A stretch of 64,000 nucleotides of DNA, from NCBI RefSeq assembly GCF_009914755.1, contig NC_060931.1; one strand, 5' to 3'. This DNA comes from the human T2T-CHM13v2.0 reference genome, Homo sapiens. The position numbers and the translations under genes are program-made. Below the pieces are notes generated by a model, which saw nothing but the letters and a program-made list of their open reading frames with translations, ran no database searches and had not been told where the DNA came from. Shown here in pieces: positions 1 through 12,684 of this stretch (position 1 is the first letter of the stretch; the number at the start of each line of letters is the position of its first letter).

Positions 1-81
1 TCAAACTCCTGGGCTCAAGCGATCCTCCCACCTCAGCCTCAAGAGTAGCTGGGATTACAGCTGTGCACTACTATGTCTGGC

Positions 82-112
<31 letters not shown>

Positions 113-531
113 GAGATGGAGTTTCGCGTTTTTGCCCAGGCTGGAGTGCAATGTCACTTTTCTCAGCTCACTGCAACCTCCGCCTCCCAGGTTCAAGTGA
201 ATCTCCTGCCTCAGGCTCCCAAGTAGCTGGGATTACAGGTGCCTACCACCACGCCTGGCTAATTTTGTATTTTTAGTAGAGACAGGGTTTCTCCATGTTG
301 GTCAGGCTGGTCTCAAACTCCCGACCTCAGGTGATCTGCCCACCTTGGCCTCCCAAAGTGCTGGGATGACAGGTGTGAGCCACCGTGCCCAGCCTGCCTG
401 GCTATATTTTTTGTACAGATAGGGTCTCACTATTTTGCCGAGGCTGGTCTCAAACTCCTGGGCTCAAGCAGTCCTCCCACCTTGGCCTCCCAAAGTGCTG
501 AAATTGCAGGCATGAGCCACCATTCCTGGGC
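1..531 (-). mobile_element. AluJ-type element split at its central A-rich linker by a younger Alu
   Basis: Right-arm part at 1-83 and left arm at ~395-531 with J-type 'ctcctgggctcaagc'. Duplicated tgyctggctatat at 74-86 and 395-407. Confidence 0.85.
84..394 (-). mobile_element. AluSp-like, nested in AluJ; (TA)n/poly-T tail
   Basis: Full Alu dimer with 'ttctccatgttggtcagg' and 'cccgacctcagg' diagnostics, flanked by the TSD above. Confidence 0.85.
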
Positions 532-910
532 TAAGAGGATTCTTTGTGATCTCAGTAACACCTACATTTTCCCCTTGGGGAACAAAAGTAGCTCATGAAA
601 ACTGGCCTATCTGTGTGGCATCAGCACCCGCACTGACCACATCACGTTCACACACATCTCCAAAATAAGAACATGATAATCACCACTGGACTCTCACTTA
701 TTAACAAGCCAAGTGTAGATTTCACATTTCTGAAGACAGGCAGAAACAGAGAGATATGAACATGAAAAAACGTTTTGATTTTTTTTCCCAAATTCAAACA
801 ACATGGCCAAAAGATGAGATCCTCCTTGAGAACAATGAACTTATTTATACTGAGTATTCTGCAAGGATGAATGATTGCTTCATTATACAAGCAAGCAGTA
901 TTTACCTTTT

Positions 911-1197
911 GGCCCAGTGCAGTGTTTTATGCCTATAATCCCAGCACTTTGCAGGGCAGAGGTGGGCAGATTGTTTGAGTCCAGAAGTTCAAGACCATCC
1001 TGGGCAACATGACAAAACCCCAACTCTACAAAAACATACAAAAAATTAGCCAGGTGTGGTGGCATGTGCCTGGAGTCCCAGCTACCCGGGAGGCCAAGGT
1101 GAGACGATCACCTGAACCAGGAAGGCAGAGGCTGCGGTAAGCCATGATCACACCACTACACTCCAGCCTGGGTGACAGTGAGACCCTATCTCAAAAA
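911..1197 (+). mobile_element. Alu (J-type)
   Basis: Alu dimer. Degenerate TSD aagcaagcagtatttacctttt (889-910) / aagcaaacagaatttaccgtttt (~1532-1554) encloses this and the next Alu. Confidence 0.85.
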
Positions 1198-1207
1198 TGA
1201 ATAAATG

Positions 1208-1544
<337 letters not shown>

Positions 1545-2244
1545 TTACCGTTTTATGGATTTTCATGGAATGGTGTGTGCACATTTATTGTTAGTTCATA
1601 ATAAATTGCAAGAATTGAGCCTTTGGGAGCTAAAAGGGTGCTCGATGGTAATCCAGCCTCAATGAACTCTCTCTGGGGTTGGCTGAGGACTGGCTGGTAT
1701 AAAGGACAAGACTAACAAACAGTGGCCACTGGGGCAGATGTGGCAGCCCCTGTAGTTCTTTCCAGCCACAGTGGCCATGGCAGGAACCACTCTGGCTCTC
1801 AGATTCTCCAGAATCAGCCAAGTCCACTGGGTACAGAATGCTGAGGGCACTATTCACATGCTTGCCTGGCCAGAAAAAGGATGCTTCATGCTCATGGGAC
1901 TGGCACTCACATGGACTATAGTGTGAAGGGTTCCTCTTGCAGTCCCACAAACCAAGCAGTGGTCCCAACAGGGAGATGAACATCAGTGCTGGAAGAGACT
2001 TGTTGGTCACCTAGCTCCTTACCTGTACATGATCCTTTATACTTTCTCAAAAAGGTCACCTCGTTATTACAAATATACCATCCCTTCTATGACCTGGATC
2101 CTGTTTCTCTCTGTAGGCTCATTGTTTGCCACTCTTTGCATAGATTGGGCATTTTTGCAGTGTCCTCAGTGGGCCAGGTTATTTTTAAAAACCACAGGGC
2201 CTTTGCCTATGCACTGTCAGTTGCTTAGAATGCCCTTGTCCTCT

Positions 2245-3055
2245 TGTTGTAGGATTGCCAGGTTTGTGTGCCTGCTGTGCAATGACATACGAATACACCG
2301 AGACAGCAGAGTTTGCATTAGAGAAAGAGTTTAATGATTGCAGGGCAGCCAAGCGAGGAGACAGGAGGAACCCTCAAATCTGTCTCTCCAAAGAGTTCTG
2401 GGTTGGGATTTTGTTTTTTTGTTTTTTTGTTTGTTTGTTTGTTTGTTTTGGAGACAGAGTCTTGCTGTGTTGCCCAGGCTGGAGTGCCGTGGCATGATTT
2501 CAGCTCCCTGCAACCTCTGCCTCCCAGGTTCAAGCAATTCTCTGCCTCAGCCTCCCAAGTAGCTGGAATTACAGGTATGTGCCACCATGCCCAGCTAATT
2601 TTTGTATTTTTAGTAGAGACGAGGTTTCACTGGGTTGGGATTTTATAAGGGGATCCTGGAGGGCAAGGGGCTGGAAAATTAGGGTCATTGACTGGTCAGG
2701 GAAAGGGAGATAAAATCATCAAGATGTGGAAACTGCATTCTTTGGTGAGTCAGCTCCTCTTGGAATCCTTCAGACCAGTGGATGTCGGTAGCTTCACTGG
2801 TATGCAGAACCTGAAAGAATATCTCAAAGGAAAAGCTTAACACTTCACAAAGCAGTTAAGGGGAACCATAATCTCGTGACAGGGTCTATGTGATTCTAGG
2901 ACAAGAGGCGCCAAACAGCTGTGAGCAAGCAAGTTGGAGAGCAAGCAAGGTGACCTCATGATGAACCCTGAATGTGCTGCAAGCTTGGTTTATCTTCATT
3001 TCTCCCCTACTCTTCTTCCCTGATTAATTTTATAAAGTTTATAGGGACAGTGTCA
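2245..3055 (-). mobile_element. ERV1 solo LTR (MER4-group; LTR29/LOR1-like, subfamily uncertain), interrupted by an Alu
   Basis: TG...CA termini with 4-bp TSD CTCT (2241-2244/3056-3059). Homologous to the copy at 41042-41542. Confidence 0.75.
2411..2629 (-). mobile_element. 5'-truncated AluS inside the LTR
   Basis: Right arm plus linker; TSD ctgggttgggatt at 2398-2410 and 2630-2642. Confidence 0.85.
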
Positions 3056-3104
3056 CTCTCACCTCCTGAGTATCTCCTACTTCTCCTTCAGGAATCAACC
3101 ATGC

Positions 3105-3600
3105 TATCAACAGCTAGGGCTCTTATACCCTGACTCAATTGGTTTAAAGAATAGCAAAGATGTATTATCTCACAAAAGAGGAAGTCTCAAGACAAGAGGG
3201 TTCTGCAGTGGGTACATTTAGCTGCTCAAAAATGTCAAAGATGGTATTTCCATCTTTCTGCTCCATCATCCTCTGCCTGTCTTATCAGTTCCTGCAATGT
3301 TCATGGATAGCTGCCACAAGTCTAGACAAAACTTGTGGTCACAGCAGTTTCCCGAGGAAGAAAAGGCTCTATTTCACCCTGTGTGCCTCTCTTTAAGAGT
3401 GAGGAAACATTTCTCAGAATCCTTCATTGGACTTTCTCTCAATTCTCAGTGACCAGCATTGTGTAACAAACCCATGCCTAAATCAATCACTAGCAAGAGA
3501 AGGATTACTGTGATAGGATTAGCAAAGCAGGGATTACAGAAACAGAATTAAGTCCACTAGAAAAGGTGATGGTTTGGGGCTGACAACCAACACTATTTTC
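3105..3600 (-). mobile_element. Old MaLR LTR (MLT1K/L-like), degraded
   Basis: Similarity to recalled MLT1 motifs (gtattatctcaca, atagctgcca, cccatgcctaaatcaatcact); boundaries approximate. Confidence 0.5.
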
Positions 3601-3897
3601 TGCAATCTCCCCCCACCATTGTTGCTTTAGGTGACCATGTGCGACCACTTCTCTCTATTATTTCCTCTATCACAAACCTGAACCCCTTATACAATAATTG
3701 ACCATTTGCCTAAATATTAACGCTATAATCTTTGAGATTCCTAAAGCCAGACATGATGGCTTATTCACCATTATATCCTAGAACCTAGTAGATGCTTGGG
3801 GCTTCAGAATGAATGAATGGATGAATATGAGAATAACACATGGCTGACAGCATAGGTAAAAAATAACCCTCTAATGTAGGCATTCTTTTTCCCATTC

Positions 3898-4514
3898 TGT
3901 CAGAGGTGTTTGAACCAAAGTGACTCCATCTTGAAGAACAGGCTGGATAAAATGAGATGGAGACCTGCTGGGCTGCACTCCCAGGAGGTTAGGTATTCTT
4001 AGTCATAGGATGAGTGAGGAGGTCAGCACAAGATACAGGTCACAAAGACCCTACTGATAAAACAGGATACAGTAAAGAAGTTGCCCCAAACCCAACAAAT
4101 CCAAGATGGCGACAAAAGTGGACTCTGGTCATCCTCACTGCTCATTATACGCTAATTATAATGTATTAGCATGCTAAAAGACACTTCCACCAGCACCATG
4201 ACAGTTTACAAAGCCATGGTAAGAATCCAAAGTTACCCTGTATAGTCAAAAAGGGGGAGGAGCCCTCAGTTCTGGAGAATTCCTGCCCCTTTTCCAGAAA
4301 ACTCATGAATAATCCACCCCTCGTTTAGCAAATGATCAAGAAATAACCATAAAAATAGCCAACCAGCAGCCTTATGAATAGCTATTCTTTTATTTCTTTA
4401 CTTTCTTAATAAACCTGCTTTTACTTTACCCTGTGAACTTGCCTCAGATTCTTTCTTGCATGAGGTCTGAGAACCCTCTCTTGGGGTCTGGATCAGAACC
4501 CCTTTCCAGTCACA
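3898..4514 (+). mobile_element. MER41B solo LTR (ERV1)
   Basis: tgtcagaggtgtttgaacc...ccagtcaca with TSD ATTC (3894-3897/4515-4518). Contains the 43-bp segment 4261-4303 that is absent from the MER41A copy. Confidence 0.9.
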
Positions 4515-5904
4515 ATTCTACCCCAGGACAAACTCTCTTCCAGAAAGAATGAAAGATTTCTTCATCCTCATATGCAAAGGAGCAGAGCCAGAACTTAACT
4601 TCAGAGTTTCTGACTCCACGTTGAACGTTGGATCCAACAGAAATGAGGGAAAGAAGGCCAGAGTATTAAATAACAGCACAGAGTAGCAATGCTTTTTAAA
4701 AATAATTTTGTTAACATGCACCAGGACTGTTTAAAATGTTGGGTATAGACACACAGAGATAATCCGAAGACTTTTTTTCCACCTGACTCAAATCTGACTC
4801 TGCCTTTAGCTTTTTTCATCCTAGAAACATTTATATAACAAATGGATCCCAATCTTTTGAGGATTCAGTTTGCAATCCTTGACAAATTAAGGACCCTGAA
4901 GAATCAATTATTTTTACTTATCTCTCAGGCTGGAGGGGAAGGAGCCCTATATTTCTGGAACTTTGGCTTTGAAACCTCTTGAAAGCATTACAGAAAACGC
5001 AAGGGAATTAGACAATAAGGATTCTTTCAAAACAGTAGGATTTAAAGGATCTTATTACCTACTTCATAATCTTACCTTAAGGCTATAGAAAGTATTAATT
5101 GGAGCAAAGACATCCAAACGGGAACAGCAACTGTAAGTCATCTATACTGTTAAAGTCAGTCTTTTATCTCTTTAATTTGTTACATTGCCTCACCCTTGGC
5201 ATCTCTTTCAGATAAACCTACCCGACTCCTGACTCCCTGGAGTTATGGGTATTTTTTTTTCTTCTGGGCATAGAGAAGGAAAAAAAATTAAAAAGAGCCA
5301 GGCCAAGCGAATCAATGGCACTTCAAATCCCATTTCCTGCCTTGATCAGTGGTTGATCCCTTTCGAGGAAAGTGGGATGGAGAAAGGAGCAGGCAGGCTC
5401 CAGGCAACTGGAAAAACTCACTCCAGGTATCTCTAGAGGAAGCTTGCACATGGCCTGCATCCCAAGCACCCAATTCTTACAAGCAATAATATCCCTTTTC
5501 TGTACAGATAGTGCGAAATGCTTTAAAATAAGTTGGAACGGCTGACAGCCCCTCTGATAAATGAAAACAGAATGTACTAATCAGATCCTGTTGTTCCTCT
5601 GTGGCTAGGCCAGAAAACCACCTTCATCCCTCTCATACATTTCTGTAGTAAGATCAGAAATACTTATTTTTTTATTTGAAGTAATAATCTTTGGCCAAAA
5701 ATGCTATAATCCCGTAGAAAACGCAGAGGAAAAAGCATCTTCAATCTTCTGAAAGGGGACAAAAAGCAAAATCCACTCCTGTTATAGAAAAATTTTTCTT
5801 GGTAGAATTTCCTCTCCCCATTTGTTAAAGGTTTCTGAGTGTATTCACCTAGTGTATAATTCTTTTTTTTTTTAAATAAATGCTACCTTTTTGAGAGCAA
5901 TCTA

Positions 5905-6092
5905 GGCTGCCAAAATATTTCTCCAGTTGAAGTCCTTGAATCAATTGGCTTAGGGGCTTGTTAAAAATGCAGATTCTAGGGCGCCACTCTCAGATCTACT
6001 GGCTGCAAATCTCTGAGGGATAGGGCCAGATATTGGAAATGTCTCAACCTCTTTGGGAAGTTCCTATGCATGTAAAAATTTGAAAACCACTG
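5905..6092. mobile_element. MER5A/B hAT-Charlie fossil
   Basis: 'gcttgttaaaaatgcagattc...tttgaaaaccactg' motifs. Confidence 0.7.
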
Positions 6093-6780
6093 GCAGGATA
6101 AATTAATTCATGGGCTTTGGAGCCAGAAGAAAACAGGATTTGAATCTGACCCTACCTTCCCAGTTTAATAAACAAGGGAAATCAGCTACCATGAAGAAAG
6201 CGGATGCATTTAATCCTTCTTGATTTAATTAGGTAAACAAAAGTTCTAGATGAATATCAGTGGCTCTAGGATGTCAGTTTCACAAAGATTTTATAGATTA
6301 TAGTCAACTAACTTTATTTAATAAAGAGAGACTAGCCCTTTTAGGGAAACGCTGTGTTCCATGTAACTGACTTACATAATTTTTGTATCCATCTTTCTCA
6401 ACACCTGTCATTTCACCATAAGTTGTGAGTTAGGTGTGCCCTTTTGATTCTCACAGGTTCTGGCTATATCTGCATGTTAGACACTACAGAATAATTGCTG
6501 TTAGTAAAAGATGACTTGAATTTCAACAGTCAATCTCTCTGATATTTTGACAGATTCTAAACTTAGAAATAGCCAAAGAGCTGACCTGAGAAAGCCTGGG
6601 ATCTGGGTGCTGGGTGTTTTGATTGGTAAGAATTTCAATCTTTTTTTTCAGTCTAGTTGACACTCAGCAGAACCAAGGCCCCTGTATCTAGTGAAATTGC
6701 ATTAAGGAGTGGATTTTTGTATTTCTTAAAATTACACTGATTGCAATAACAGAAAACAATGTGGGTGAGCTTAAGGAAAT

Positions 6781-6915
6781 AATGATGGTGATGATGATAA
6801 TGGTGGTGATGATGTGATGATGGTGGTGATGATGATGATGATGGTGGTGATAATGGTGATGATGATGGTGATGGTGATGATGGTGATGATGATAATGATG
6901 ATGGTGATGATGGTA
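6781..6915. repeat. Imperfect (GAT/GGT)n = (CAT/CAC)n trinucleotide microsatellite
   Basis: About 45 triplets visible directly; source of the poly-His/Ser/Pro ORFs. Confidence 0.95.
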
Positions 6916-7354
6916 ACAGAGATATTTCAAAGAATCCAATGACAAGCTGAACAAGCAAACCAATAGAAAGACAGGAAGCCACAGATGCTCTTGAGTTTTC
7001 ATCAAGAAGAGTTAATAGATCTTTGTTCTAGAACCTTGATTTTACTCCCAACATCCACGAAAGAGAGAGAGAGAGACTCTAATTGACCCCCTAAAGTCAC
7101 TTCTCCCTTTGACCAATGTGCCATGGCCTGGAGAAAAGTGTCTTTCCTCCCATGGAAGTGTCATGGTGTCTTGGAGATCCATCCCTGAGAGTGGGGTGGC
7201 CAATTCCCAAAATGGCCATCCAAGGCAACCTCATTGTCATTTACCATGGTCAAAAAATAAAAATAAAGTGCAATGGAATGCAAACTCCCAACAGACTGGT
7301 AGCTTGTTGAGGGAAGGATCTATTCCCAATTCATCTTTCTGATACTGCTCATAA

Positions 7355-7540
7355 GGACTCAGTGGTTGAGAGCACTGGTTTTGAACCCACCCTACCTACT
7401 TCAGTTTAAATGGTCATTCCTCTTACTTGTTATCTGACTTTGGGCACATCTCTTAACTCTCAAGTACTGTTTACTCATCTTTAAAATAAAGATAGCCCTA
7501 GTATGTAACTCCAACATTTTCACAAGGATGAAATGCAAAC
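7355..7540 (+). mobile_element. MIR SINE relic
   Basis: 'cagtggttgagagcactgg...tgactttgggcacatctcttaactctc...ctcatctttaaaat' core. Confidence 0.65.
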
Positions 7541-9093
7541 ACCAGTATCCTCTTAACATAGCACCAGCAAAGTACAGGATTTCACCATCTCCCAAGCACT
7601 ACTGGGCAAACTTTCAACCACAGCCCAGACAGGAAGGTACGAACATCATTAACTGACAGCAGAAAGACTACGTTTTTCAACCTGAACCTGTTGGATTATC
7701 CTTTTAAATCTAAAAGAAACATCCTAAAGAAGGTTGTCCAGAGCTTTCAAAGATGTCCCTTAGCAGTGAGGTGTGCTCCATGATGAACCAATCCCAACTC
7801 GTCCAATTTAGCCAACATGGGGATCTTCTTGGTGTCTTCCTTGATATCTCAGAACAGCCACCTTCACGCTCTGCTTCCACTATAGAAATTATTCAAAATC
7901 TTACATGGTATAACTGAGGGAGAAATTAGCGGGAGTCTTGCCCTCCTTCTCACCCAATCTCCATTCTCTTCCCCTCAGGGCTAGGAATAGAAACAGGGTT
8001 TGGGTTTCCAGTAGAGGTGGAAACTTAGGCCCATGACTTCATAGTGCGTGGAGTAGTCAGGACCTGGGTAGAGCATGGCTGCAAGGAGGCTCATGGAGGC
8101 TTGGGGCTGTAGCCTTGGGACCATCAGCAACACCCCTGCTGCCAAGCCTGTCTTTGGAAGCAGACTAAAGGACATTACTGGGAAGTGCTGGGCATTGCTC
8201 CAAAGGCATCATAGCTACCCCCAGTGGGTATGGCATCCCACCCTGATCTTTCTGGGACTATGTAAGCCTTTGTGTTCCTGTATAGTCCAATGGGGGAAAA
8301 AACTCCAAATATCGGACTTCTCAATGACCTTGATCAATTGGGGTTGTGGAGTGTGGTATCTCTTGGACCTCCAAGACAGTGGAATAATGCCTCCTGATAC
8401 ATACTGGGATCATCTGACCTCTTGCCCCCTCCCTATTGTGGGCTTCATTACTCCCTTCTTAGTTGGGGCAGTTCGTTCAGCCTTCCACCCACAGAAAGCC
8501 AATGGGGCCTGGGCACCAGAAAGAACCAGTGAGGCCTGGGCCTGTAAGGCCAAGAACCAGAGAAGCCAAGAGAGACCTTCAGAAAGGGGCCAGCTGCAGA
8601 GAAGATAGGCAGAGAGTTAAAGAGGGGTCCAGGCGAGACCCACAATAACCAGCCAGGAAGGAGCTGGAACACCAGTGTCACAACATAGCTCCAAACCAAG
8701 ATCCTAATAATTATGTTAGTAACTGCTACTTTTGTAATGATCTAGATGCTGTGCCAAGCACATGATGTACATAAATCTCACCCAATTGCCCCAACAACCC
8801 TGGCAAATAGCATTAAGAACTCCTCCCTGTACAGGAAGAAACAGACCCCAAAACTTGCCCAAGATTACCCAATTGGTAAAAAAAATAGCTCACTTGCCTC
8901 TTGAAGCAACCCTCAACGCCTCCTGTGCCCTATCAGAGCTGATCTAGGGCTTGGGAAGATCTGATCCTGAAAGAGAAGAATAGAACTGTGGCTGGGGTGA
9001 GGATGGCATGGGTTAAGGGCCAGACCACTCTGGTGCTCTTTTCCATACCTTCTTAAGGATGATGGAAGAGACAAACAGAACTGACTTAAAGTA

Positions 9094-9740
9094 CAGTTGG
9101 TTTTCATTATTCACAGTAGCAATGTTTCCTAAAGTCACCATCAACAGTGAATCAGTGAACACTGAACCATTGCTCCTAGCGGAAGTGCAGGGTTAGGTTC
9201 CTGCAAGCCTCTGATCACATTTTCATCAATCAATCAATACACAACCTTGTTTACATGGGTTTCCGCAGAACAATACATATCTATTATTCATATATATTAT
9301 TGATTCATTAACATTAAACTCACAGCCAGCAGCACTATAATTCATGCCTGAATGAAACTTAGGTAATACATGTATATTCTCCATAAGACATGCCACAAAA
9401 CCTTCTCCTGCTTAGGGACACTAGAGAGGTCTTCAGTACTGCATTTGGGTAGTGCATTTTAAATAGCAAAATAACCAACGAAAGCACAAAAAATGGGAAA
9501 ATGTGGCACGAAGATCACAAAAAAAGATGCTTATTTACAGAATGAACTGGAACAAGGAGGCAGAGTCACCTTTTTTGGCCTCAGCTGGGCATATGTCCTT
9601 TGGGCAACTCAATATTTTCAAAGTTCTGTGCCTGTCTGAGAATGACTATGAAAGAGCTGCAGGATTTGAGGGTTACAAATAAAGTTTATGGAGTAAGGAA
9701 ATCCACAAGGTCAAAATTCCTGAATGGTGAGGAGTGACTG
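9094..9740. mobile_element. MER82 (TcMar-Tigger) DNA transposon, near full length
   Basis: cagttggttttcattattca...tgaatggtgaggagtgactg degenerate terminal inverted repeats, flanked by TA at 9092-9093 and 9741-9742. Confidence 0.8.
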
Positions 9741-9959
9741 TAGCTTCTTCGTTAGCTGTATAGCCTCTGATGAGACGAACACCCAAGTTTGTTCCCTCAC
9801 CTGTAAAATGAGGATAAAACCAGCCTGTTCTCAGGGTTGCAGTGGCTGTAATGGTGACAATGCAAAAAATCAGGCAGTGGTAGTTTTATAAAATGGGCTC
9901 AGAAAGCATTCCTTTCCTTCTCTCTATACCCAGGCACATGCATTAATTAACTATCTCAA

Positions 9960-10255
9960 GTCAGGGATGATGGCCCACTCCTGTAATCCCAATGCTTTGG
10001 GAGGTCAAGGTGGGAGGTTCACTTGAGGGCAGGAGTTTGAGACCAGCCTGGACAATGTAGTGAGACCCCATCTCTACAAAAAATTTTTTAAAATAGCCAT
10101 GCTTGGTGGCATGCACCTGGGGAGGCTGAGGTGGGAGGATCCTTTGAGCCCAGGAGTTTGAGGCTGCAGTGAGCTATTATTGTGCCGTTGCACTCCAGCC
10201 AGGGGTACAGAGAAATACCTTGTCTCTAAAAACAATAATAATAATAATAATAAAT
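9960..10255 (+). mobile_element. AluJ
   Basis: Alu dimer with small internal deletion; (TAA)n tail. Confidence 0.85.
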
Positions 10256-10356
10256 TATCTCCAATCCCAAGAACTGTTAAAGAGCCTCTGCGAGGCTAAG
10301 TGAGTGCTCAAAGCCCCATAGCTTGAAAGCCTCCAACCCAAAAACTTTCGAAAATG

Positions 10357-10672
<316 letters not shown>

Positions 10673-11149
10673 TCAACCCACTGCTAAAATAACTGCTATA
10701 TGCATAGACTTGGCTGTTCATATTCTTTTTCTTTTCTTTTTTTTTTTCCTCAATTCCTCTTCTCTCAGCCCAGGGAGACTGGCTTCATGAAGGAAGGAAA
10801 GGAGGCAATTAGTCTAGACCTGGCCAACACCATCATACAGCAAGCCTGCCTGTAGCAAGTTCATGAGTCAAGCACAGGCATTGAATCCCAGCATGTCAGA
10901 GCATCGACAGCATCTTCATCTTTCAGCTACTCCCAGGCCATTCACTTACCACATAGACAAATATCTGCATTTTTGTAGATAAAATGAATGCAGGAGGAGC
11001 TATTTCCAAAGACGGATGACTGTTCTTTTTCCTTCAGCAAAGTTTAAAAAGGTAAAAATTATCATATTATGGGCACGGTGGTCATGGAGAGAAAATGAGG
11101 CCACCGCTCAACAGGGGGAATTGCTCTCCTTGCACAGGAATGTTTTAGC

Positions 11150-11400
11150 ATTAAATTAACTCTCCTATCTCTCGCCTGCTAATAAGAAAGCCTTCACCTT
11201 CTGGTTTGGCAGGGGATCTGAAATTTGCATTTAGATGGAGCTGTTGTAAAGATGGCCTGGCACAGGAGCCTCCCTCCCTTATTTACAACAGCAGCTGTGT
11301 GATAAAATTATTATCACATAAGTGGTTGTTTTGCTGGTTTTAATAGGGCTGGAAGCAGAATGGAAAAGGCTGTCATCTGAATTAGTCAATGAAAGGAAAG
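11150..11400. promoter_or_regulatory. Candidate cis-regulatory element in repeat-free DNA
   Basis: Octamer ATTTGCAT 11223-11230; 11-bp inverted repeat 11240-11250/11282-11292; E-box CAGCTG 11292-11297; palindromic double GATA 11298-11318. Motif-level evidence only. Confidence 0.35.
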
Positions 11401-12090
11401 GATCGTTTCTCCGCATGGTGAGAGCTCTGTGGCCTCCTCGACAACAGGGAGGTATGCTATCTCCCTCCTGTCCCCCAGAGCAAGGCAGGCAGGAGAGCTG
11501 GATGCTGGCAGAAAAGGCAGTGGTGGAGCCTGCTGTTGCTTTCCGGATAGATTTCATGTTACAGTTTGCAGATCAGTGGAGGTAGACAGAACATGAGTCA
11601 TTGCTCCTGTTTTTTCAGATGAGGAAACTGAGACCTGGGAGGGAAAAGTATAGTGGTTGTCCCTTGGCCATGCCTAGAAAATGGCCAGAATTTGGATGAA
11701 ATGCTAATCCCAACACAATACACTATCTACCGCCAACATCTACCCTTATCCTTACCCTCCATTCACCCTTGCAAATTCATCTTGAGTACTTAGGATGAAA
11801 AAAAGAACAGTGAAGCGGCAAATGAAAGAGCTAACATTGATTCTGATTTCTGCAACCAACTATGTGAACTTAGGTTGGTCCCTCTTCCTGTTTTTCCTTT
11901 AGCCTCAAAGCTTTTACCCATAAAAGTTAAGGATTTGGACAAATGTATTGAGAAGAAAAGCTTGCCTCTCTTGTCTGAGCATTCTAGCTCATTTTAACAT
12001 CGCATATGTGCCTCTTGTGTGAACTGTCTGAGCAAATGTGCTGCAGCTGTTGCAGGTGTCAAGAAAATTAGTCTGTTTCCAGCGCTAGCT

Positions 12091-12277
12091 CAGTGATTTT
12101 CAGACTTTAGCTACCTTCCCAATCACCTGGAGGGCTTGTTAAAACACAGTTTGCGGGGCCCCATCCCCCGAGATTCTGATTCAGTAGGTTCACGGTGTGG
12201 CCCAAGAATTTGTATTTCTAGTATATTCTCCAGTGACACTGCTGCTATCGGTCCAGAGATGACGCTTGGAGAACTAC
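12091..12277. mobile_element. MER5A
   Basis: cagtgattttcagact...aatcacctggagggcttgttaaaacacag...ttctgattcagtagg...gagaactact. Confidence 0.8.
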
Positions 12278-12365
12278 TTCCCTAAAGATAAGAAAACTCA
12301 TCCAATGCAGGACTCTGACCCCTCCCTTTTTGTGCCATAACTAGAGCTTTGTCCTTTCCCACTAT

Positions 12366-12684
12366 TTTTTTAAATTTCTTTAGAGACTAGGTCTCGCTCT
12401 ATAACCCAAGGTGGAGTGCAGTGGTGTGATCATGGCTCACTGCAGCCTGGACCTCCTAGGCTCAAGAGATCCATCCTCCTCAGCCTTCCGAGTAGCTGGT
12501 ACTCCAAGTGTCCACCATCACACCTGGCTCCTTTTTCTTGTTTTTTTTTTCTCTTTGTTTGTTTGTTTGTTTGTTTGTTTGTTTTTGTGAAAATGGAGTC
12601 TCACTATGTTGTCCAACCTGGTCTTGAACTCCTCCTGGCTTCAAGTGATCTTCCTGTCTCAGCCTCCCAAAGCACTGGACCCGG
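12366..12684 (-). mobile_element. AluJ with (TTTG)n-expanded linker
   Basis: Alu dimer; linker microsatellite 12555-12585. Confidence 0.85.

Noticed and set aside
6653-7005. Poly-His and poly-Ser/Pro ORFs
   Set aside because: They are translations of a (CAT/CAC)n microsatellite, with no domain context or splice evidence.
8075-8608. Longest ORF (177 aa)
   Set aside because: No recognisable domain and atypical W/C-rich composition; ORFs of this length arise by chance in 64 kb.
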